Position numbers and translations under genes: made by a program. DNA of 64,000 nucleotides from Anthoceros angustus (Eukaryota > Plantae > Anthocerotophyta), in NCBI GenBank assembly GCA_010909165.1, contig MU008162.1:1302001-1366000 (forward strand). Direction: 5' to 3'. The notes beneath the pieces were generated by a model. The model was not told the DNA's origin. It did not search any database and worked only from the letters and a program-made list of their open reading frames with translations. Every line of letters begins with the position of its first letter. Position 1 is the first letter of the stretch. Positions 38,880 to 50,899 of the stretch are shown one piece after another.

Positions 38880-39850
38880 GGCCTTTCTCTGGCTAGGCAA
38901 TGGGCTCCTTCCGCCTGTTACCCGACACCACGTCTCGCTCTTGGACAGCCGTGATCTCAGGGTTTTGTGAGAGCGGGCAAGAACGGGATGCACTCAGACT
39001 GTACGAGCTAACGCAGGAGACTGAGGTGGAGCCCAAGAAAATTCCCCTTCGTCTGTCTATTGAAAGCCGGTGGATGCCTCGGTGGCGTGGAGCAGGGCAA
39101 AAGGGTTTGTGCTGATGTTGTGAGATTTGGATGCGAGTGTCATGGGCTTGGCGCCACCACTTCGCTCGGGGTGTTTGTAAAATGTGGTAGCATGGCAGAC
39201 GCACGCCGTCTGTTTGACACATTCGCCTACGCGTCACGTGGCTTCGTGGAATGCAACAATCTCAGGAAATGCCCACCGGAATCAGCGTGAGCAGGCTTTG
39301 CAGCTGTATGCCCACATGCAAGTGGCAGGAGTGCAGCCAAACAATCAGCGGCGGCGCGAAGGAGCGATCCGAGGTGGTGGATGGGTAGAGGGTTAAGGTC
39401 GAAGCTGCCTTGTAGAGTGGATGTGGAAGCTCGGTTGATGCTCAGCAGGGGTTTGACTCCCTGTCTCACCTCACTCTGGTGACATGGAATGCGCCCTTAG
39501 AAGGTTATGTCCTGCAAGATCAAATGGACCAGGCTCTGCAAATTTTTTGTGAGATGCAGAGGAGAGGTGTGAGGGCATACTGTCGATCCTTCGTTTGTGT
39601 ACCGAATGATGTGGAAGAAGCATGGTAGCACAGCTTGTATTTGATATATCACCTCGGTGAGACATCGTCACTTGGACTGCCATGATTGCAGTCCACACTG
39701 AGCAAGAACAAGGTGAACAGGCGCTGCGCCTGTATGCAGACATGCACAGGCTCGTAGTCAGACCAAACCAAGCGACCTTGCTCAGCAGACTGAAAGCCAC
39801 CAGCCAAATCGGAGCCTGAAAATATGTTCCCAGGCTCACCATGATATTCT
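38880..39850 (+). pseudogene. Degraded PLS-PPR pseudogene, copy A
   Basis: SWTAVISGFCESGQERDALRLYEL, VKCGSMADARRLFD, ASWNATISGNAH..QALQLYAHMQVAGVQPN, VTWTAMIAVH. Many frameshifts. Confidence 0.8.
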
Positions 39851-40109
39851 TGAAAGTCATGTGTTTCTGGGTTGTACGACACAATTTATGTATTTGGTGT
39901 CAAATCATTCTGAAATTCTAGACTGGTTGATCTCAGCCTACTGCTGGTGATGAAAGCGCTCCACCTTGGGAGTTGTGTGCGTGAGACCACAAATTTCTGA
40001 GTTGAATTGACTTTGAACTTCAGCATGGAAGAGAGGCTGTGATCCGTTGGAGCTGAAACTTGGACTGCTGTGATCTGCCAAGTCATAGCTAGTACGGAAC
40101 CCCTGGTGA

Positions 40110-40192
40110 TAGGTAGTAGAGCACTGAAGGAGTAGTAATACATAGAGGTAGGTAGTAGATCTCCGAAGGAGTAGTAACACATAGAGGTATAT
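40110..40192 (+). repeat. 39-bp tandem repeat (2 copies)
   Basis: aggtagtaga(gcact/tctcc)gaaggagtagtaa(t/c)acatagaggt x2. Confidence 0.8.
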
Positions 40193-40959
40193 GATTGAAC
40201 ATTACGTGACATACCTACAAAACCATGGAGACATAGCTGTTCATCAGGTGTTTCGCGTACATGTTTTCTGACTTAACAAAGAACCCGGCTCCGTGGCTCT
40301 TTTCTAGAGCCTTCTATCTTGGCAGGCAGGCAGTGTAAGTGTCAGTGTTTTCTACAACCTTCACACGGCAGGACTCTTCAACGGAAACTTGTTACCACAC
40401 CTGACGGAAATTTCCACAATCCTGGATTCACAGAGCAACATCACTTTCTAGTACAGACAGCAAGGATACTAGTCGGCACACAACTTGCTTCCAGCCTCGC
40501 AATTGCCGGACACTCAAACAAAACTCTGAACCACTTTCTACATATGCACTTTGGTAGTCCACCTCCTTCTGAAGACCAGCCCAACTGGGCAGGAGTACTA
40601 CACAGAAATTGTACACCCCTTTACAAGGCAGTACACATCTTAAGCCTGCTCCTGACTGGTCGCTGTACAGCCCCAGGACGCAACTCTGCTCCTGCAAGAC
40701 TTCGACATGTCGCTGCACAGAAAAAAATGGTGGTACGTAGCAACCCTGACGTGTGATGCGGCTGTGACTGTCGCTTTCTGCTTCTCCACCCCAAACTCGG
40801 GTTCAACTGTGAGTCTTGCAACCCCCTCAATTTGGATTTCCTGATGGGGCTGACGTGTGCAGGGTTTCTGGCCAGCAATGGGCTTCATCTGTCTGAGACC
40901 TTTTTGGGGGCTTTGGCTGTCGAAATGCTGGTCAACTGTGGGAGTCTTTCTGATGCTCT

Positions 40960-41610
40960 GGAGGTCCTTTGGCTGTTACTCGAAAACCGTAATCTTAGGG
41001 TTTTGTAAGAAACGGATGCACTCAGAATGTACATACAAGCGAATGCAGGAAGCCCGTGGATGCCTCGGTGACGTGGATTCATGCTGATGTTGTAAGATTT
41101 GGATGTGAGTCTGATGTGCTTGTCGCTACCACTTTCCTCGGGATGCTTGCAAAATGTGGTAGCATGGCAGATGTGTTCGACGCATTGCCTAATTAAGCGT
41201 GACGTCGTCTGATGTCAAATGCAAGGGTGGGCAGGCTTTGCAGCTGTATGTTCAGATACAAGTGGCAGGAGTGGATGAGCAGCATGACAAGGTAGGATGT
41301 CTGCTGAAAGGGATGGGGGTTGATTTCAAAGCTGCTTGTGAGGGCGGTGATCCAATTTCCACATGTATTTGTTGGGAACACTCTGATTGACAGGTGTAGT
41401 AGATGTAGAAGCTTGTTGGTTGACGCTCAGCAGGTGTGACTTAGATGCCCTGTCACACGGCGCTGTGGTGACATCGAATGAGAGCTTTTGGCAGGTTCTG
41501 TCCAGCAAGATCCGACTGACAAGACACTGCAACTTTTTAATGAGATGCAGAGTGAAGGCAAACTGTCGATCCTTCGTTACTGTACTGAAAAGAGTGTGGA
41601 AGAACACCTG
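40960..41610 (+). pseudogene. Degraded PLS-PPR pseudogene, copy B (paralogue of copy A)
   Basis: Shares nucleotide blocks with 38960-39620: aaaatgtggtagcatggcaga, gcaggctttgcagctgtatg, caagtggcaggagtg, ctgtcgatccttcgtt. Confidence 0.75.
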
Positions 41611-42895
41611 ATCGCCAGGCCGCCAGATCCTTGCGCGCCTGGTACATACTGTTGAGGCGGGGCCTACCCTGGTACGCTAGAGGATTTTATATTGTCTGCT
41701 TCATAAATGTGAATACCATAAAGGCATCCACACTTTGGAGACAGCCAGCAAATGCAAAACAAACCAAACCAAACGCAAATGCAGATCCACCGAGGACAGG
41801 TAGCTTCCGGGTTGGCATTTGTGGGGCTAGGCCCTGGCTCATAGGCTAGAGGTCGATGTGGTTGTTCTTCGAGCCTTCTGGCTTGGAAAAGATCCTGGTA
41901 GGGAACGCATATTGATTATGACTTTTCATTCTATGGATATCACCTTCAGGTTATGAAGACTAGGTCTATGTTACGGACAACTCACTACAGGTCAAGTGGC
42001 TTTCTTTCGTGGGGATGAACTGGTGGTGTTTGGCCCTCGTTGAAATTGACACTAATCATTAATTGAAGATTATTTGTCTTGTTTGAATTTTACCTTTACA
42101 TTCGTCCAGACTATTTTACCGCAATCTTGTAGTTATCATATTTCAGTCCTATAACGGAAATCCGTCCTGAGTGGACTTATATAAAATTCTTCCTCTTCTT
42201 CTTCTTACCCTTTAAGTGGGTTGCCCCCCTCGGGGTAGATGGTTTTCCCATCACTTCTATTTAATAAAGTCTCCATTGTTCTTTGTTCGATCCACAAAAT
42301 AAAATAGGTTTATTTATTTATTTATAGATCATTAAGCGTATGCAGCCGTGAGACTATGACGCCTGAACAGGAATCAAGAACATGAATGAAGTGACATTTG
42401 GGAGAGCATAAAAGCAAAGAAAGTAGATCAAACAAAAATTAGAAGACTAAATAGCTTTGCGAAGGAACTTGCACTAAAAGTAGTCGCCAATCAGCTTGAA
42501 GTAAGAGATAAGTTTCCCTTTGAGTTTGGAAATACTGAGGAGTTGGCGCATATCAGAGTAAGAGCCCTGGAAAACCTGGTCCCCCTTGTTGCGGGTAGCC
42601 GAGCACTGACCAAGGATTGTGCTGGCGGGTTTCTTCGGAAGACATACATCTCCGACAAAATGGGTTTCCAGCAATGTTAAATCGCCTGAAATAAGCCCCA
42701 ATAGCCATATGCCAAGTCCGTAACTGGGTGAGAAAGGATGAGACCTTACGATCATGAAGGCCAAGACGGTGTAACGCCGACGCCGAGGGGGCACCAAGCA
42801 CCACTCGCTTTAGCGCAGAAGCTTTAGTAGATGAGGCCCACTGTACATGCCACTCCTGCAAACTTGCCACATCAATCAGTTGACGCGCTTTGGAA

Positions 42896-44016
42896 CAGCG
42901 TCTATGTAGCAAGGGGTTTCTCCTGAAACCCCTTTTTGCACACGGACGTGGCCGGACCCCTTTTTGCACTTGAAAAAATCCACACTATAATCAGCCTTTT
43001 TGGTATTTCTCTGCAGACATGTCACCCGCAACCTTTTGAATAATTGTTTTAATACACGTTATTTGAGATTGTAGATTGCAAGTATGTGGCAAAAACCTAC
43101 TGGACACAGAATTCGTGCGCAAACTTATGCGTGCACTTACATCTAAACAGTCTGCAACAAGTGGCAATCATTGCCAGGTGTTGGACGTATACAAATGTCT
43201 ACAGTTTTTAGGCCTTGCTGTAATTCTGGTGCGCAAACAACCTTTCATTCATACCAGTCAATCCTAAGACTATACTCTCGCTTTGGGAATTTTACAGGAC
43301 TTTGTTTCTTAGACATTGGGACAATAATATCTTCGTTGACCTGATGCTCTTGATCCGCTTGCAGTGCGAGAATGAGAGTGGCATGGTCTGCACTTGGAGC
43401 TGGGCCCACGCCAAACGTTTCAAGATTCAAAAGATGCAAAAGGTTCTCACTACTTGTTCAAAGTTTTAATCACTAGAAAAAAGATGAGGACTAAGTAAAG
43501 ATAAGAACATATCTACATTAGGGAGGTGCACAAAAAAGGTTGAAAACGTTGAAAGGAACCCTTTAAAACAACAAAAAAAATCAAAAAATACAGAAAATAT
43601 CAAAAAATATCAAAATTTTAGGGCAAGTGCGTGCACTTGCATCAAAAAATTGGATTTTTTTGGGATTTTTTGGGGGTTGTTTTAGATTTTTTGCTCTTTT
43701 TTTCTTTGGATGAACTATCTGGGAATGCACTAGGAGGCATGAACCATATGGGTTCATGGTCTTAGGCCCTTCTTGACCTTGGGTGCGCGCACCTGGGCCC
43801 CCTTGCCCCCTGGTGCGCCATGAACCTGAGTACAAGGCGCCAGCGCGGTGTAAATGACTCGACAGGAAGTGGTGCCAGAGCCGAGAATGCCCGAACCTGA
43901 TGGATGAACACCTAAAAAAACCAACAAAAACCAAACCAACTTCAATGGCGAAATAGGGTTGGGATTTTTTCCAAAATCCGTTTTAACAAGAGAAACCCCT
44001 TTCTACACAGACGCTG
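42896..44016. mobile_element. Non-autonomous hAT-like DNA transposon nested in the LINE
   Basis: ~30-bp TIRs CAGCGTCT(A/G)TGTAG(C/A)AAGGGGTTTCTC(C/T)TG. 8-bp TSD ctttggaa (42888-42895) and ttttggac (44017-44024). Excision restores the LINE reading frame. Confidence 0.85.
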
Positions 44017-44630
44017 TTTTGGACATAGATAAGGTATAGTCTTCACTGGAAATTGGAAGAAGAGTGGCTGCCTTAGCGGTAACATCTGCCAACTCATTGC
44101 CGACTACATTATTATGGCCCGGAATCCAGTGAAGGTTTAGGGAAACTTAAGGGTGAGCAAGAGAGAGGGCATGGAGAGCGGCCCGAGCCCTTGAGATAGC
44201 TTGGGAGGAGCGCGCAGATGTGTCAGTTAAAGATAAGATAGCTGGTTAGTTATCAATGAATATGTTAACTGCGGGAACCCAGAGAGTGTGGCTAAAAGAG
44301 TAGGTAGGTACGAGATGGCCTTAACCACAGAAAGGATTTCTGCCTCAAAAATCCCATAGTAAGTCTCTAAACCAAAAGACAATTGATGCACATGATCCCT
44401 GTTGAAATAGAAAACCGTCGCCCCTCCAGCTTTACCATCTATGAGGGAACCATCAGTGTAAATTGCAAGAGTATTAGGAGCCAGCAGATATTGAGAATGT
44501 GAGGCAATGGCTAACTTAGGAGATGGTAAAATCACAGTGGTTAAGGGTAAAGACAGGGGGGGAAGTCCAAGGGGGAACAAGGCGAGGGAAAATGGTCTCA
44601 ATGGCAGTAGGGGTGGGCAACTGTAATACC

Positions 44631-44710
44631 GAGTAGAGAGGAGCTTTAAGCTACGGTTAGCTTTAAGCTAGCCGTAGCCGACTCACCCTCCTTCCCAATA
44701 ATACAAAGTT
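44631..44710. mobile_element. 80-bp hairpin-containing insertion with a perfect 9-bp TSD
   Basis: tgtaatacc at 44622-44630 and 44711-44719. Internal inverted repeat gctacggttagctt/aagctagccgtagc. Removal rejoins the LINE ORF in frame. Confidence 0.7.
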
Positions 44711-45339
44711 TGTAATACCATTTTTTGTGGTTAGAGGCCGGTAGAAAGGCTTGGTGGATTGGGTGGAAAGGAGGGCAAGAGAGGTTACGGAGAAGAGAGC
44801 GGAGAGAATGGCGTTGAAGACGGATCTCAGTGGGCAGAAGGAAAGCTTTAAATTCAAGGGCCTCATTGGAGGTGGTTCGAAGCGCACCAGTAATTGCTTT
44901 ACAAGCTAGACGTTGAACCCGTTGAAGATGTTGAATATGCGTGCGGCCGCAATTAAACCAAACACCGCAGCCGTAATCGAGTTTAGGCAAAACAATAGTA
45001 ACATATAGTTGTCGCAGGAGGTTAGCTTTGAGTCCCCAAACAGAGGTATCAAGAGAGATAATAGCTGATTGATAGAGCTAGTACGCATAGCTGAAGCCGA
45101 AGCCTGTTGCACATGGGTGTTCCAAGTTAACTTGGAGTCTAAGTAAAAGCCCAAGAATTTGATACACTCTGAGCGAGTAATAAGGGTGCCATTGGGCAAA
45201 GAAAGAGTATACTCCTTAATATTTTCCTTGCGCTTGAGAGAAGAATGAATAAAATAGGTTTTAAATGGTCAATGTGTATCCAAAATAAAATTTGTTCAAA
45301 ATGGTCACTCCTTTCTTGCGTGCTTCCAAGGCTCGGGCA

Positions 45340-47290
45340 GAATCTGCACAACATACGGACCAGGTCCAAGGTGGTACAACAAAGTGTAGGCCATGCGAGT
45401 GAATGTGCCTGTGCAACTAGAGCCCTTCGCCCGCTTCCCATGGCCCCTGCTTCTGTGGAGACTATTGTTGCGCTTTGGACCCTTCATCCACCCCCAGTTC
45501 CATTCCTCGAGCTCAGACATATTCAACTATGTCACGGAGATCATTTCTCTCCTGACTGGACTGCTTTTGCTCTAGCTCTAGCTCTTTCTATAACTCCACG
45601 TTTATCCTCTGCTAGGGTATCGAGCATCGTATTTGAGCACTTAGAACTACATTCTCCCACCAGTGGCCTTTCTAAGCTCTTCCTTCTGGCTGTTCTGGCT
45701 TGGGGTGAGACACCTCAGTGGATCTCCCAAGTTGTGGTAGCTAGCAAGTTGTTCGCTATGGACAAACCTCCCCCAAGGTTTGGTGTGCGCCCACTTGCGG
45801 TTGGGGAGGCCTTTTATGCAACTTGTTAGCCGCATTATTGCCCTTAAGTTTTGCACTCTCCTCCAACAACATCTCAATCCCCTTCAATATGGGACTGCCA
45901 CCACGTGAGGGTTGCGAATTCGTGGTGTTTGATGTGAGAGTATGCCTAGAATCTCACCCGAAGTAGGTGGTCTTGCAAGTGGATGTTGCAAACGCTTTCA
46001 ATATCATTTCTAAGGCTGCCATATTTAAGGAGCTCAAGGATGCAGGTGGCGTCTTGGCGAGCCTCATCTCGTCTTTTTGTTGTTTTTATGGCGAGTCTTC
46101 CAACCTCTATTACCAGTAAGAAATTGTACCTTGAGATGTCCTTATTTTGGAATTGGCCGTAGGGACCAGACATGGTGACCCTTTAGGTGGTGCTCTCTTT
46201 CCCTTACTCACTAGGGCCCTATACAAGACTACTTCTTCAATGCGTGATTATGTTTTTCCTTCACTGGTGGATGACTTTCACATCCTTGGGGCCGAGGACA
46301 AGGACAAGCAGGCCTTTGAGTTATTTTTCCATGAGCTCTCTTTGAAGGGTAAGAGTCAAGCTCTCCAAGTGCCAAGTCTAGTCTCCATCGGGGCTCACCC
46401 CTCCTTTACAATAGTTCCTTGTAGGTGAGATTACTTCTGCTCCAAGGTTATGAATTTTTGGGGTCCCTTTTGGTGATCTCGACTTTGTTGAGAGCTTTTT
46501 GGACCAAGCCTTGGCAGATGATCTTTCCCACATTGCAGACCTTTAATCCTTGCTGGAGGACGCACAAGTGACTTTAGGCATTCTCTCCTCATACCACTTT
46601 GCCAAATGCCCAAGTTACCTTATCTACATATTGCCTCCTTCTCCTGTTCTTTTCCCGCGCTTAAAGGGTATTGACTAAAAGATCATGGATGGCTTGGGAG
46701 ACATTGTTGGCCCAAGTTCTTGTTTGTGGTCTTCGGCGCAACATTACTCGTGGATTAAAAAAGAAAAATTAAAAGTAAAGAGTGTCCACCAGGCAATCTG
46801 GCACGTCAACAAGCATCCTTGCTAGTGGCTTACAACGAAACAGGTCTGGTTTCCAATAAGAAATCCTTGTATGCGGCATTTTTTGGTAGTTGGGCTTTGT
46901 TTGCCTTTGCTCTGGCTTCCTATTTGTTGCTTCATGACAAACCCTTCTTAGAGGCCTTTATATCAGAGGAGGGAACTCTCCCTCTTCTAATGTCCTTGAG
47001 GAGCTAGAGACCTGTTAACAATGGAAGCAAGGTAGCTCTTTCCTCCTTTCATGACCTCCCTCACTAACGCTTTCAGGAGGTTGCAAGAATCCTTGCTCGA
47101 CAATTGACAACTCGACCAGTCTTTTCAGTCCATCCCTTTGGACCCTTCTATTTCAAAGCTCACAAGAGCCCTCCCCGCACTTGTTCTGGGAAGGGTGCAC
47201 GAGCTTGGTTGTTGGCTCATCCATGCATACCTGGATTTCACATCGTACCTTTGACCTTCACTACAGTACTAGTGATGTGCTTCCTTCATG
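45340..47290 (+). mobile_element. Degraded CRE/SLACS-like non-LTR retrotransposon RT region
   Basis: ALWTLHP, KLFAMDK..GVRPLAVGEAF, GTRHGDPLGGALF..FPSLVDDFHILG, AAFFGSWAL, GKGARAWLLAHP...FTTVL. Many stops and shifts. Confidence 0.8.
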
Positions 47291-47384
47291 GGCAAAAAAC
47301 TGGGGGAGTCCCAATAAATAAACCTTGCACAACTATAGTAACATTGTGAAGGATTGACCCAGGCCAGAACAAAACCCGGCCCCT

Positions 47385-47625
47385 GAAAGCCTTAAATAAT
47401 CCAGGCCTTGAATTATCTAGGCTTGAATGCTCCAGGCCTAATTGCCTAGAATTTCAAGCCTAAAGTATCCAGGCTGCTCAAGCAATTTCAGGCCTCAACG
47501 GCTTGAATATTTTAGGCCTGGGTGGCATGAATATTTCAAGCCTGGATGGCCTGAATATTTCAAGCTTGGATGGCCTAAATATTTCAAGCTTGGATGGCCT
47601 CAAATATCCAAGCCTGAATGCAAGC
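47385..47625 (+). repeat. ~24-bp degenerate minisatellite
   Basis: Units resembling ggcctgaatatttcaagcttggat, roughly 8-10 copies. Confidence 0.8.
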
Positions 47626-48702
47626 ATGGTCTGCATTCCACATAAGAAGCATGAACGCAAGCGACCACAAGTTCCCTTCAAACATTATACTAAAAATTAA
47701 AACCTTACCTTGCACGTGGAGGTGTTCTAGGAGCACCTCATGTTGATCCAACTTCTGTTTTCGCTTAGGACCCTTTGGGCCCTTCTTGTCCGTAACACGA
47801 CATTCTTTTGGAATAAGCAGTTCATCTTCCTCATACAAAGCTTCATAAGGAAGATGAGGTGCATCTGACCTGATAGTGAACGAGTGCTCTCTATCTTGCT
47901 CTCGTGAAGGTTGTAGTGAAGCTGAGGGTGGCAACGATGGAGAAGAACGAGATCTAGCCTATGGACGTCACTATGTCGTCGTTGGCAATATTTCCCTTAG
48001 AAGGGCAGTTTAAAAAGGTGCCCATGATGCAGTTGTAGAGTTGCTGTCTTGCAACGCTGCTGCTCCCAATTTCTGGTTTTCGTTACTCAAATCCAAGTCT
48101 GTGTCAGAGGAGAAGATGGAAATGGCCACGATCACTACTAATTCCCTAATATTGTGGTATAAACAATCATGGTCACTTCGAAGCTCTCTTGCTCTTGAAA
48201 ACCCTCATGTACAAACCCTCAAGTTTAAACTCTCAATTTGAAACCCTCAAGTTCAAACCCTCATGTCAAGGCCTTGTAAAATAAGTGTCCACGTTGTTTT
48301 CATTGTAATTGATGTATTGTCCCGTGTAAACCCGTCTGTAGTAAACAACAAGCCCCGTTGTAAACACACTTTGTTGTAAACTAGCATTAACCCGTAAGAA
48401 ATGCTTGCGTTTTAAACACCCTCCCCCGTTGTAATTTCTCGCATCGTAGTAAAACAATCAACCACCATTGTAAATGGGTGCATCGTTAAGTACCAACCTC
48501 GGTTGTAATGTCTTACTCCATAGTAAACCTCAAGTGCCCACATAGTAAAAGAACATGTGGTGTGTCCATGTCATTAAAATAGCCAATGCCGAAATAAGCC
48601 CTGTAGTAAAATACCAAAACTCTTATTGCAAAGTCAGGGGCTATGCATGAAAATTATACGTCGACCCAAAAACTCTCATATTAAACCGATCCGATGCCGA
48701 AA

Positions 48703-48783
48703 TCTCTCATCTCTCTACGTATTTGCAATTAGTAAAATGAGGTCTCTCATCTCTTTACGTATTTGCAATTAGTAAAATGAGGC
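48703..48783 (+). repeat. ~40-bp tandem duplication
   Basis: tctctcatctct(c/t)tacgtatttgcaattagtaaaatgagg x2. Confidence 0.85.
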
Positions 48784-49610
48784 ATGGTGCTTTCATTTTG
48801 GTGTAGCAATTGTCAACAAGGGCTGTTTTTAAAGTCTGGTTTTTGCTACTGGTGGGTATCAACTATAAGACTTGTGTTTGAGTTAGTGGAGGCTAGCTAT
48901 TACATGTCTTGTGTGCGAAGTGTGAGTGTATATTTACAATCTGCGAGGTGGTAGTCAATTGCTTAAGCGTAAGAAAGGATGCCTCGAGCACCCTTTATAT
49001 TGGTACTGTATTCAGTGTTCAATGGCAATTCAACAAGAACAAGCCAAGAGCCTACATGCCTTCGCCCACTGTTCAGGCCATCAGGTCCCTCTCCTAGCAT
49101 TGGAGCCAACAAGCCCTTTTGCGTATCCATACTACAACATTATCGTCTGTGCACGAGTGTCCAGTTCCTGTGAATGAATGCCACTGCCGACCAGTTCTGT
49201 GGGATTGTGAAAGTAGTCCATACTGCTGTGAACAATGATAACCGGTTCTTTTTTTTAAGAAAAAATAGAATCAGATTATTAAGCTTGAAGGTACAGCGGC
49301 CCTTATTGCTTAAAGGGCAAAGCAGACAGCAAAGTAGTAAAATGAAACCTAGCCAATCTGGCTGGGAAGTGTCATGCCGTGTGACACTAATCTCTCCACT
49401 TGGATTTAGTGTTTGATTAACATTAATTAATAATACTAATTACTTACTTAAAATTGGTTTGCACCTATATGTGCGTATTAGATTTGTTTTTCTTAGTTGT
49501 CTATTGAGGAAGTGCTCACATGAATGCAAGTGCTTACCTTGTACGACAAAAGGGAGACTGCATCTGTGAGTACGCTGGAGCTGGACATCTCAACGTCTAG
49601 CACCAGTGGA

Positions 49611-49742
49611 ACACACCCACCTACATCTCCTCTACGTGCCAGCACCGCATGAACTTCCAAAGGAATAGTTCCATCAACACACCCACCTACATCTCCTCTA
49701 CGTGCCAGCACCGCATGAACTTCCAAAGGAATAGTTCCATCA
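49611..49742 (+). repeat. Perfect 66-bp tandem duplication
   Basis: 49611-49676 is identical to 49677-49742. Confidence 0.92.
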
Positions 49743-50899
49743 TCGGTACTGCTACATCTTGATACACTGACCCTAGAATGTCCGTAGTACGAGTATGTGT
49801 ATGCCCTCCTACTTGAGTTACTAATGAGCATTTGCAGATCCGTCCCAGTGCATCTACATGCCCGTACCTGTCATAGGATTTTCAAAGACTTTGTAATGTC
49901 AAGAGCATTTTGAGTCTCCCTTGGTATGGCCCAGTAACAATACCCTCACCTTACATGTCCATGTATGTACATATGCATGTAGATCTCATTAAGTGAGACC
50001 AACCTTAAAGAACACGAAAATAACATTTTACATGAAAATATATATATGTATATAAACTAAATATATAAAGTATTATTCATGTAAAAATATCCCACCCCAC
50101 TCGGTGTGCCGTCGTTCCGGCGCAATTCGAGACTCCCTACCAAGAGCGAGTTCTAAGGCGCGGCGAGAGCTCTTGATGACGAAACAACAAAACCAGTGTA
50201 GCTCACTGAGCCTGGGGCCTGGCAAGGTGAGCCTCAGCCCTGGTCCAGGTTACCACATCTACGACAGCAGAAAAGGGAAATGCATTTTCTGGAAACCGAG
50301 GGAGCTCTTAGCCAAGCCTGGATTATTACCTTGCACAAGGGCGCAAACTTTGGTGTTGAGACGAGCTCTGGTTCGGGAAGTCTGCGGACAACTGGACAGA
50401 GTTGTCATCAACGCAGCTCTCTCTGTATGTGATTGCCACCTGTTGGAGCCCTGCGAAGTCGTCCAACTTGGTAGCACTTCCTTCATCAGCTGAACCACAA
50501 CGACCCCGGGTGGAGGAAGGTTGCAGGTGCCAGTGCTGTATACATTCTCCAGAGCAGGTGCAGGTTGCAGGTGCCAATGCTACTGTCTCCAGGTGCAGTC
50601 TAGCGTTGCTATTCTGCAGCATTTTGCCATGTCCTGAGCACAGCTTAACTGCTCGCTGTTCCGCTGCTTCGTGGGCACTGCCTTTCACCGTCCAGGTCAG
50701 TCCACCAATCCTGGCCTGGCCTGGCTGCTCTGAAGGCTGTGGGTTAGTGCGCGTAGTGGGGACGGGTTTGTGAGCCGCCTTGTCTTGTCGATGCACCTCC
50801 AAACTACCTACACGCCCGGTTGGTGTGGTCATACACAGTCCCTGGGCATTCTGCCATAGTCTGTTGTGAGACTCACCTTCTGACAGCGCTCCCTGAAGG

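Larger units (their letters stand above)
42309..45300 (-). mobile_element. 5'-truncated I/Tad1-group LINE (RT C-part, RNase H, Cys/His knuckle), interrupted by two insertions
   Basis: KFLGFYLDSKLTWNTHV, PKLDYGCGVW..VQRLACKAITGALRTTS, IYTDGS..IFEAEI, HWIPGHNNVVGNELADVTAKAA, FLTQLRTWH..PFCRRC..EETRQH. A (TAAA)n tail lies at 42309-42324. Confidence 0.88.

Noticed and set aside
47385-47625. Regular short repeats resembling a CRISPR array
   Set aside because: The units are contiguous and degenerate with no unique spacers. The context is a eukaryotic minisatellite with no cas genes.
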